From IMG/VR virus record IMGVR_UViG_3300032334_001433, positions 1 to 64,000 of that record: a stretch of 64,000 nt of DNA; one strand, given 5' to 3'. Below the pieces are notes generated by a model. It was not told the origin of the DNA. It did not search any database and was given only the letters and a program-made list of their open reading frames with translations. This document shows, in pieces, positions 19,740 through 28,289 of the stretch (positions are counted from its first letter, which is position 1; each line of letters opens with the position of its first letter). Source of the DNA: a virus. Its lineage: Duplodnaviria; Caudoviricetes. Made by a program: the position numbers and the translations under genes.

Positions 19740-20603
19740 ATGTTTACTTTTCAAAATTTTAATGTCAGTGGACCGTTTTCTGTTTATGGCGGACCTCCGC
19801 CAGGCCCACCCGGAAGCATAGAATACTTAGTTGTTGCAGGTGGTGGCGGAGGTGGAAGTGCAACTACTAATAATACTGGTATGGGCGGTGGAGGTGCTGG
19901 CGGATACAGATCCAATACCGGATATTCTGTTTCTGCCGGATCAGCAATAACAGTTACAGTCGGTGCTGGAGCGGCGGCAGGTGGATATAACGGACAAGAT
20001 TCGATATTTGGAACTATTACTTCTACTGGTGGTGGTGGCGGCGGTACTTATCTTGGCGCAGGTGGATACGGCGGCAAAAGCGGTGGTTCGGGAGGTGGTG
20101 GTTCTGGGTATGGAACATTAACTCCTGGTAGTGGCACTTCTGGACAAGGAAATTCTGGTGGTTCTGGATACGCTTCGGGTAATGGATCTGGAGGCGGCGG
20201 TGGCGGCGCGGGTGCTGTTGGTGGTATAGGAACTGGCTCGGGCGGCGTTGGAGGTGTAGGGATATCTTCTTCAATATCTGGCACATCATCATACTATGCA
20301 GGCGGTGGTGGCGGTGGTGGCGATGGAGCCGGCGGCGGCGCTGGCGGCACAGGAGGTGGTGGAGGAGGTGGTGCAGCATCAAATGGTTCAACCGCAACTT
20401 CAGGAACAACAAATACTGGCGGTGGAGGCGGAGGTGGTTATTACTATTCTGGTGTGGGCGGCGCAGGCGGCTCGGGTGTAGTTATTATTCGTTATTTAGA
20501 TTCATATACTGCTGCTTCAAATACAACAGGTTCTCCTAATGTAACCGTTTCGGGTGGTTACAGAGTATACCAATTCACAAGTTCTGGTTCAATTACGTTT
20601 TAA
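19740..20603 (+). CDS. polyglycine adhesin-like protein
   Basis: N-tag MFTFQNFNVSGPF and domain signatures. Confidence 0.85.
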   Translation: MFTFQNFNVSGPFSVYGGPPPGPPGSIEYLVVAGGGGGGSATTNNTGMGGGGAGGYRSNTGYSVSAGSAITVTVGAGAAAGGYNGQDSIFGTITSTGGGGGGTYLGAGGYGGKSGGSGGGGSGYGTLTPGSGTSGQGNSGGSGYASGNGSGGGGGGAGAVGGIGTGSGGVGGVGISSSISGTSSYYAGGGGGGGDGAGGGAGGTGGGGGGGAASNGSTATSGTTNTGGGGGGGYYYSGVGGAGGSGVVIIRYLDSYTAASNTTGSPNVTVSGGYRVYQFTSSGSITF

Positions 20604-20619
20604 CCTATTTTTAATCGTA

Positions 20620-20627
20620 TATAAATA
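20620..20627 (+). promoter_or_regulatory. T4-type late promoter
   Basis: Exact TATAAATA in intergenic gap 26 nt before ATG 20654. Confidence 0.8.
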
Positions 20628-20653
20628 AATAGATAACAACAAAAGGTCAAGAA

Positions 20654-23600
20654 ATGACGCGCAAAATAGATTCTAGTTTAATTAGTCCATTAGGCGGAAC
20701 AGAAGGACAAGTGCTTGGGATTAGTTCGGGCAATGTTACCTTTATTGCTGCAGGAAGCGGTGGCGGCGGGACTACTTATGCAAATTCTATTGTAAATCTT
20801 AATACTGCAAATGTAACAGAATCTGCGTCAAATTTATACTATACAAATGCAAGAGTTATTGCTGCAGTTGCAAATACAACAATAAGTAATCTAACTGTTG
20901 CTGGTAATGTAACAGTTTTGGGCAATGTAATTGCCAACGCATTTATATCTACCACAAGCGGCCCAGCTATATTATCATCTACAACAGATGTATATATCAA
21001 TTCAACAAGTAATGTAAATATTACTGCAACCAATGTAAATGTTACCGGAAACTTAACCGCAAACTTTTTTAGAGGTAATGGCTCTTTATTAACTGGTCTT
21101 GTCACTTCTGTAAATTCCGTTACTGGCAACTTAAATGTTTCTGGTAACGTAATTGCCAACGCATTTATATCTACAACAACTGGACCGGCTATACTATCAT
21201 CTACGACAGATGTGTATATCAATTCTGTAAGTAATGTAAATATTACTGCTAATAATATAAATTTAAATTCAAACGTAAGAACAACAGGGAATGTAACAGC
21301 AAATTATTTTGTTGGAGATGGTTCGAGATTAACTGGCATAACTGCAAATGCAAGTAGTTCGATTACTGGAAATCTAAATGTTTCTGGTAATGTAATTGCA
21401 AATACTTTTGTTTCTACTGCGGCCGGTACTGCGGCTTTAATTTCATCTACAGATTTTGTATTAAATGCCGCGGGCAATGTAAGTATTACATCAAGCAATA
21501 TTAATTTAAATTCTAATGTTTATGCAACAGGAAACATTAATGCAAATTATTTCAAAGGTAATGGCGCATTATTAACTGGTATTGTTACTACAATTAATTC
21601 TGTAACAGGTAACCTAAATGTTTCTGGTAACATAATTGCAAATGCAATATACACCGGGGCAATAATTAATACCGGCAATGCATCAGCTGGGTATTTTATT
21701 GGTAATGTAGTTGCCACAACTGTTGTGGCAACCGGCAATGTAACTGGTGCATATTTCCTAGGAGATGGTTCAAGATTAACTAATATAAGTAGTTCCGCAA
21801 ATATTAGTTCAGTAGCAGGAAACTTAACTGTAACAGGGAACGTAATTGCTAATACTTTTGTTTCTACAGGAACAGGAATTGCATCATTAATCTCTTCAAC
21901 AGATTTTGCGTTAAATTCTGCAGCAAATGTAAATATTACTGCAAGCAATATTAATTTAAATTCTAATATAGTAAGAATTCCCGGCAATTTAAACGTTGCT
22001 GGTAATGTGATTGCAAATGGCGCAGTAATTTCTGCAAGTTTAATTGGTACATCTGCTGGCGCAGGTATTATATCATCGACATCTGATATAAACATCAATG
22101 CAACAAGTAATGTAAATATTACCGCAAACAATATTAATTTAAATTCAAACGTATTCACTACGGGCAATGTAAGCGCAAATTTCTTCAGGGGAAATGGTTC
22201 ATTGCTAACAGGATTAGTTACATCGGTTAGTTCTGTAACAGGTAACTTAAATGTTTCCGGCAATGTAATTGGAGCATATTTTGTAGGAGACGGTTCTAGA
22301 TTAACCAATGTAGTTGCAACTTCTGCAAATATTAATTCTGTAACAGGCAACCTAACAGTATCCGGAAACGTAATTGCTAACGCATTTGTATCTACTGGAT
22401 CGGGGGCAGGTGGTATATCTTCTCCTGTAGATTTTTATGTTAACTCGGCAGCAAATGTTAACATTGTATCAAGTAATATAACACTTAACTCCAATGTAGT
22501 AATTTCAGGAAACGTAAGTGCAAACTTCTTTAGAGGTAACGGCTCATTACTAACAGGCCTTGTTACTTCTGTAAATTCTGTAAGTGGTAATTTAACCGTT
22601 AGTGGAAACGTAATTGCCAACGCAATTTATACTGGCGCAGTAATTAATACGGGAAATGCATCAGCCGGGTACTTTATTGGTAATGTAATTGCAAATACAG
22701 TTGTTGCAACGGGAAATGTAACAGGCGCGTATTTTGTAGGAGACGGTTCTAGATTAACCAATGTAGTTGCAACTTCTGCAAATATTAATTCTGTAACAGG
22801 TAACTTAAATGTTACCGGAAACGTAATTGCTAACGCATTTGTATCTACTGGTTCAGGATCTGGCGGAATATCATCCCCTGTAGATTTTTATGTTAATTCC
22901 GCAGCAAATGTTAACATTGTATCAAGTAATATAACACTTAGTTCAAATGTTGTAGTTTCTGGCAATTTAAATGCGAATTTCTTCAGGGGAAATGGTTCAT
23001 TACTAACGGGTATTGTTACATCAATTAATTCTGTAACTGGTAATTTAACTGTTTCTGGTAACTTGCTTATAGGTTCAATTGGATATGTTGGTATAGGTAC
23101 ATCTAATCCGGATGCAGAATTAACAATTCTAGGATACCCACAAACTGCAGCATATCCACTTACTGGCAACAGCAATACTCTTGGTACAGAAATACATATC
23201 TCTGGTGCGGATAATGCAATTACTCGTATCACACAAGATTCGTTTGGTGCAAATACATATGTTGCATTTACTGGTAGAGCCGCCCGCGGCAATGCAGCAA
23301 GCCCAAGCCAAACACAAAATAATGATATATTGTCTCAATTTACAGGGCGCGGTTTCAGTAATGGTACTTTGCAATTTGGTACGGCGTCGACCGGGCGCGT
23401 TGATGTAGTAGCAGCAGAAAACTTTACTGATAATAGTAGAGCAACTAAAGTATTGGTATTTACTACACCTATTGGCGCAAATGTACCAGTTAATACTGCG
23501 ACATTTGATAGCACAGGCGCGTTCAGCGCCAATGGTAATATTACAACAGGTGCATATTTCATAGGCGACGGTTCTAGATTAACTAATCTAGCAGCGGCAA

Positions 23601-26600
23601 GTACTGTAACAGGCAATTTGACAGTTAGTGGAAACGTAATTGCAAACTCTTTTGTATCTCCTGCAGTAGGCGCTGCAACCCTATCTTCTGGATATGATGT
23701 AACTATATCTTCATCTGCAAATGTTGGACTTACAGCAAATAATATTAATTTAAATTCTAATGTATTTGCAACAGGTAATATTAAAGCAGGGGTTAACTCT
23801 TATTTTATAGGTAATGGTGCATTACTAACAGGCATTGTTACATCAACTAATTCCGTAACAGGTAATTTATCAGTAACAGGAAATGTAATTGCGAATGCGT
23901 TTGTGTCTCCTGTTGTAGGAACTGCCACATTATCTTCAGGATACGATTTAACTATATCATCATCTGCAAATGTAAATATTACCGCAAGTAACATTAATTT
24001 AAATTCAAATGTATTTACAACAGGTAATGTAAGTGCCAATTTCTTTAAAGGCAATGGCTCGTTACTAACAGGAATTGTTACAACTATTAATTCTGTGTCA
24101 GGGAATTTAACAGTAACAGGTAACGTAATTGCAAATGCAGTTGTTACAACAGGTAATGTAACTGCCAGTTCTTTTGTAGCAACATCTGCAGGTGCGGGTT
24201 ATATTTCATCAACATCTGATGTAAATATGAGCGCCACAAGTAACGTAAATATTACTGCAAGTAACATTAATTTAAATTCCAATATTTACACTACAGGATT
24301 TTATAGAGGTAATGGTTCTTTATTAACTGGTATTGTTACTGCAATTAATTCTGTAACAGGTAATTTGAACGTTACTGGCAATATAATTTCAAATGCAATT
24401 ATTTCGACAGGAAATGTTACCGGTGTATACTTTATAGGCGACGGTTCTAGATTAACTAATATAAGTGCAAGCAGCAATTCTGTAACGGGGAATTTAACAG
24501 TAACAGGTAACGTAATTGCTAATGCCTTTGTGGCGACTGCAACAGGTGCAGGTTATATTTTATCTACTTCGGATGTAAATATAAATGCAGCAAGCAACGT
24601 AAACATTACTGCAACTAACATTAATTTAAATTCAAATGTATTTACAACAGGTAATGTAAGTGCAAATTACTTTAAAGGTAACGGTGCATTATTAACAGGA
24701 ATTGTTACAACTATTAATTCTGTTGTTGGCAATTTAACTGTATCTGGTAACGTAATTGCAAATGCAGTTGTTACAACGGGCAATGTAATTGCTAACTCGT
24801 TTGTTTCACAACAAGGCGGCGCAGGGTATATTTCTTCATCGTTAGATATAAATATGACCGCTGCAAGTAATGCAAATATTACTGGCGCAAATATTAATTT
24901 AAATTCAAATGTATTTACAACCGGCAATGTAAGTGCAAATTATTTCAAAGGCAATGGTTCATTGCTAACAGGCATTACTGCAACCGTTAACTCCGTAGCA
25001 GGTAATTTGTCAGTAACAGGAAATATAATTGCAAATGGCTCGGTAATTTCTGCAACTTTTGTTGGAACCTCGGTTGGAGCAGGATTAATCTCATCTACAT
25101 CCGATATTAACATTAACGCAACAAGTAATGTAAACATTACGGCAAGCAATGTTACGCTAAATTCAAATGTTGTAATTTCTGGAAATGTAAGCGGAAACTT
25201 CTTTAGAGGAAATGGTTCTCTGTTAACCGGTCTTGTTACTACGGTCAATTCCGTAACAGGTAATTTAAATGTTTCGGGCAACGTAATTGCAAATGGATCC
25301 GTAATTTCTGCGACATTTGTTGGAACTTCTGTTGGCGCAGGCCTTATTTCTTCAACATCCGATATTAACATTAACGCAACAAGTAATGTAAACATTACGG
25401 CAAGCAATGTTACCTTAAATTCAAACGTAAGAACAACAGGCAATGTTACAGCAAATTATTTCTTAGGCGATGGCTCTAAATTAACAAATCTACCTTCGGC
25501 GAGTTCTGTAACAGGCAACCTAAATGTTTCTGGCAACGTACTTGTAGCATCGGGCGGCAGCATTGCCGTTGGTACATCTTTACCCGATGCCGAAGTTACA
25601 ATTTTAGCTTATCCTCAGACAGTAAGTTATACAGTTACTGGTACTAGCAATACCGCCGGCACGGACTTACACATTACAGGCGCGGACGGTTCTGTAACTC
25701 GTATCACACAAGACTCATTTGGCTCAAATACTTATGTGGCATTTACTGGGCGTGCGGCAAGAGGAACCGCTACAAGCCCAACACAAACCCAAAACAATGA
25801 CGCATTAGCACAATTTACTGGACGCGGTTTCAGTAATGGCAGTTTGCAATTTAGCACAGTATCAACCGGACGTGTTGATGTAGTAGCAGCAGAAAACTTT
25901 ACCGATACTAGCAGAGCTACTAAGGTATTAGTATTTACAACTCCAACTGGTTCGATTGCCCCAGTTAATACTGCGACATTTGATAGCACAGGTGCATTTA
26001 CTGCTAATGGAAATGTTACAACCGGCGCATATTTTATTGGTGACGGTTCTAGATTAACTAATCTAGCAGCGGCAAGTACTGTAACTGGCAATCTAAATGT
26101 TTCCGGTAACGTAGTTGCTGGCGGTAGTTTCATATCTACCGGCAATCAAACAGGCACATTATATTCAAGTGCAAACTTAGTAATATCTACTCCTGCAAAT
26201 ATTGTACTACAAGGTAATGTATTTACAACAGGAAATGTTTATGCAAGTTACTTTAATCTTCAAGGTAATTTAACTGTTACAAATGCCGTAAGTGCTAATA
26301 CTTTTATAGCTTCCGGAAATCAAGATGGTACTATATCATCAACATCAAATATTGGTATATCGTCAACCGCATATATCTCATTATCTGCAAATACGGTAAC
26401 ATTAACATCTGCATATAACGCAAATGCAGTATTGTCTAGTGGTGCTAATATAGTATTAATGGCAAGTTCGGGCAATAGTGTAGTTATATCAAATTCTACA
26501 TTAAGATTTGCTAGTTTAAATACTGCGAATTTAAATAATAATTTAGCACCTGGCGATACAGTTTATAATATTGGATCAAATGTATTAAGTTATCGCAATT

Positions 26601-26953
26601 CAAGCAATGCGTGGGTTGAGGTAGGATATGCAAATATTCCACAGAATAGCCAAAATACAAATTACACATTAGTTAGAGATGATTCTGGCAAGCATATTTT
26701 CCACCCAGCAACAGATACAAATCCTCGTACTTATACAATTCCATCAAATAGTAATGTTGCATATCCAATAGGAACGGCAATTAGCTTTATTAATATGTCG
26801 GCAAATACTGTTTCAATTGCAATTGCAGTTGATACAATGTATCTAAGTCCGTCGGGCAATACAAGTGTTCGTAGTTTGACTACATGGGGTACAGCAACCG
26901 CAGTAAAAATTACTTCTAATTCTTGGATTATTTCCGGAAGCGGTTTAACATGA
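20654..26953 (+). CDS. 2099-aa repetitive Asn/Gly/Thr/Val-rich tail fibre-like protein
   Basis: Many ~80-90 aa units with GNL(N/T)VxGNVIAN and YFxG(D/N)GSxLT(G/N); duplicated ~190-aa domain; C-terminal tip domain. Confidence 0.75.
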   Translation: MTRKIDSSLISPLGGTEGQVLGISSGNVTFIAAGSGGGGTTYANSIVNLNTANVTESASNLYYTNARVIAAVANTTISNLTVAGNVTVLGNVIANAFISTTSGPAILSSTTDVYINSTSNVNITATNVNVTGNLTANFFRGNGSLLTGLVTSVNSVTGNLNVSGNVIANAFISTTTGPAILSSTTDVYINSVSNVNITANNINLNSNVRTTGNVTANYFVGDGSRLTGITANASSSITGNLNVSGNVIANTFVSTAAGTAALISSTDFVLNAAGNVSITSSNINLNSNVYATGNINANYFKGNGALLTGIVTTINSVTGNLNVSGNIIANAIYTGAIINTGNASAGYFIGNVVATTVVATGNVTGAYFLGDGSRLTNISSSANISSVAGNLTVTGNVIANTFVSTGTGIASLISSTDFALNSAANVNITASNINLNSNIVRIPGNLNVAGNVIANGAVISASLIGTSAGAGIISSTSDININATSNVNITANNINLNSNVFTTGNVSANFFRGNGSLLTGLVTSVSSVTGNLNVSGNVIGAYFVGDGSRLTNVVATSANINSVTGNLTVSGNVIANAFVSTGSGAGGISSPVDFYVNSAANVNIVSSNITLNSNVVISGNVSANFFRGNGSLLTGLVTSVNSVSGNLTVSGNVIANAIYTGAVINTGNASAGYFIGNVIANTVVATGNVTGAYFVGDGSRLTNVVATSANINSVTGNLNVTGNVIANAFVSTGSGSGGISSPVDFYVNSAANVNIVSSNITLSSNVVVSGNLNANFFRGNGSLLTGIVTSINSVTGNLTVSGNLLIGSIGYVGIGTSNPDAELTILGYPQTAAYPLTGNSNTLGTEIHISGADNAITRITQDSFGANTYVAFTGRAARGNAASPSQTQNNDILSQFTGRGFSNGTLQFGTASTGRVDVVAAENFTDNSRATKVLVFTTPIGANVPVNTATFDSTGAFSANGNITTGAYFIGDGSRLTNLAAASTVTGNLTVSGNVIANSFVSPAVGAATLSSGYDVTISSSANVGLTANNINLNSNVFATGNIKAGVNSYFIGNGALLTGIVTSTNSVTGNLSVTGNVIANAFVSPVVGTATLSSGYDLTISSSANVNITASNINLNSNVFTTGNVSANFFKGNGSLLTGIVTTINSVSGNLTVTGNVIANAVVTTGNVTASSFVATSAGAGYISSTSDVNMSATSNVNITASNINLNSNIYTTGFYRGNGSLLTGIVTAINSVTGNLNVTGNIISNAIISTGNVTGVYFIGDGSRLTNISASSNSVTGNLTVTGNVIANAFVATATGAGYILSTSDVNINAASNVNITATNINLNSNVFTTGNVSANYFKGNGALLTGIVTTINSVVGNLTVSGNVIANAVVTTGNVIANSFVSQQGGAGYISSSLDINMTAASNANITGANINLNSNVFTTGNVSANYFKGNGSLLTGITATVNSVAGNLSVTGNIIANGSVISATFVGTSVGAGLISSTSDININATSNVNITASNVTLNSNVVISGNVSGNFFRGNGSLLTGLVTTVNSVTGNLNVSGNVIANGSVISATFVGTSVGAGLISSTSDININATSNVNITASNVTLNSNVRTTGNVTANYFLGDGSKLTNLPSASSVTGNLNVSGNVLVASGGSIAVGTSLPDAEVTILAYPQTVSYTVTGTSNTAGTDLHITGADGSVTRITQDSFGSNTYVAFTGRAARGTATSPTQTQNNDALAQFTGRGFSNGSLQFSTVSTGRVDVVAAENFTDTSRATKVLVFTTPTGSIAPVNTATFDSTGAFTANGNVTTGAYFIGDGSRLTNLAAASTVTGNLNVSGNVVAGGSFISTGNQTGTLYSSANLVISTPANIVLQGNVFTTGNVYASYFNLQGNLTVTNAVSANTFIASGNQDGTISSTSNIGISSTAYISLSANTVTLTSAYNANAVLSSGANIVLMASSGNSVVISNSTLRFASLNTANLNNNLAPGDTVYNIGSNVLSYRNSSNAWVEVGYANIPQNSQNTNYTLVRDDSGKHIFHPATDTNPRTYTIPSNSNVAYPIGTAISFINMSANTVSIAIAVDTMYLSPSGNTSVRSLTTWGTATAVKITSNSWIISGSGLT

Positions 26954-27771
26954 CCGGTATACACCAATTCTTTTCAGTTATGGGTACGGCAAGTACTTCA
27001 ACTGCTAATTATTATACTGGGGATATTGTACTTTACGCAAATTATGGCGGGAGTTATCCAGGTTCAGGAGCAACCGGCGGTGCCGGAGGTACTTCAACTG
27101 CAAGTTATGGTGGTGTGAACTTATCAGGTGGTGGCGGATATGGTGGTACTCAATCAACAGGTACCAGTAGCGGCGGCCCTGGTGGAAACGGTAGTTATAC
27201 GTTAGATAGTAACGTAACTTTAGCAAATCCTGCAGGAGTAATAACTGCATCTGGCGGATATGGCGGTTATAGTACAAGAAGTTATGGTGGCCCGGGCGGT
27301 GGCGGGCCAAATGGTGCGGCCGGAGGAAGTCCTGCTGCAATTGGATCAAGCTTTGGCGGATCTGGAGGATATGCTAGCGATTTCCAAGGCATACAAGCAG
27401 CATTATCCGCAGCTGGAGTATCTGGTTGGGGATATGGCGGTAGCGGAGCAAATCGTCTTTCTAGCCCTGCATCATCTGGAGGTCTCGGTGGAGGTGGCGG
27501 CGCCACATCTGCCGCTAGTACATCGGGTGGCGCAGTTACTTCGGGTGGCAGCGGTCTTGTTCTTGTACAATATACTGCAGGCGGTACAACAACTACCAAC
27601 TATTATAGTGCCGGCACATCTACTACGGTTACATTACCTGCACGTTGTACAACTCTAAAAATATGGGTACAAGGCGGTGGCGGTGGCGGTTCTCCTTGTT
27701 CTGGAGCTAGTTATGCAGGCGGCGCTGGCGGAGGTGGCGGCTTAGCATTCTACGAATGGCTCCCGCTTTAA
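26950..27771 (+). CDS. polyglycine protein, circularly permuted relative to 28290
   Basis: ATG 26950 overlaps fibre stop (ATGA); start MTGIHQFF; Gly-rich. Confidence 0.8.
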   Translation: MTGIHQFFSVMGTASTSTANYYTGDIVLYANYGGSYPGSGATGGAGGTSTASYGGVNLSGGGGYGGTQSTGTSSGGPGGNGSYTLDSNVTLANPAGVITASGGYGGYSTRSYGGPGGGGPNGAAGGSPAAIGSSFGGSGGYASDFQGIQAALSAAGVSGWGYGGSGANRLSSPASSGGLGGGGGATSAASTSGGAVTSGGSGLVLVQYTAGGTTTTNYYSAGTSTTVTLPARCTTLKIWVQGGGGGGSPCSGASYAGGAGGGGGLAFYEWLPL

Positions 27772-27773
27772 CA

Positions 27774-27781
27774 TATAAATA
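27774..27781 (+). promoter_or_regulatory. T4-type late promoter
   Basis: Exact TATAAATA in gap before ATG 27822. Confidence 0.8.
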
Positions 27782-27821
27782 ATGTGTGGCAAAGTAGGCC
27801 ATACAATAATCGGAGCAATAG

Positions 27822-28271
27822 ATGGCCAAGTTAAAAGTATCAGAATTACAAGCAACAACTCAAATAAATTTGAACGATACATTGTATATTGTTCAAAATG
27901 GTGTTAGCAAACAAGCAAATGTGTCTACATTCTTTGCAAATACTTTAGGCTCTCCTCAGATTGCATCTGTTACAAATTATTCTCTTCTTATAAGAGACCA
28001 AGATAAGCATTTGTACTTTACAAATGGCACAGATGTAACATTATCTATTCCAAATAATACTGAAATTTCTTGGCCTATTGGCACAACAATTAAAGTTGTT
28101 GCAAAAACAACAAATCAATCAAATGTTATAGTTAGCCCAAATGTAGGAGTATCTTTATACTTGGCTGGCAATTCAACATCAACATCTAGAAAAATTACAC
28201 CGTATGGCGTAGCAACTTTATTAAATGTTGCAGCAAATACTTGGTTTATAAGCGGCAACGCAATCGTTTAA
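27822..28271 (+). CDS. short fibre-like protein sharing C-terminal tip domain with the 2099-aa protein
   Basis: NYSLLIRDQDKHLY...IPNN...WPIGT...TWFISG vs NYTLVRDDSGKHIF...IPSN...YPIGT...SWIISG. Confidence 0.75.
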   Translation: MAKLKVSELQATTQINLNDTLYIVQNGVSKQANVSTFFANTLGSPQIASVTNYSLLIRDQDKHLYFTNGTDVTLSIPNNTEISWPIGTTIKVVAKTTNQSNVIVSPNVGVSLYLAGNSTSTSRKITPYGVATLLNVAANTWFISGNAIV

Positions 28272-28289
28272 TTATTTTTAGGTAATATA

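Noticed and set aside
1-20603. Diversity-generating retroelement acting on the paralogs
   Set aside because: No reverse transcriptase in the window and no template/variable pair differing only at adenines was seen; cannot exclude one elsewhere
166-20603. Terminal SGxITF as an outer-membrane beta-barrel signal
   Set aside because: No signal peptides, Gly register does not match the beta-signal, and the motif continues internally in tandem proteins
166-20603. Collagen-like or ice-nucleation repeats
   Set aside because: Glycines occur in runs and GG-x patterns, not strict Gly-X-Y or 8/16/48-residue periodicity
2627-24854. TATAAATA at 2627, 10737 and 24847 as late promoters
   Set aside because: All fall in Ile-Asn-Thr/Met codons deep in CDSs with no nearby downstream start; chance matches are likely
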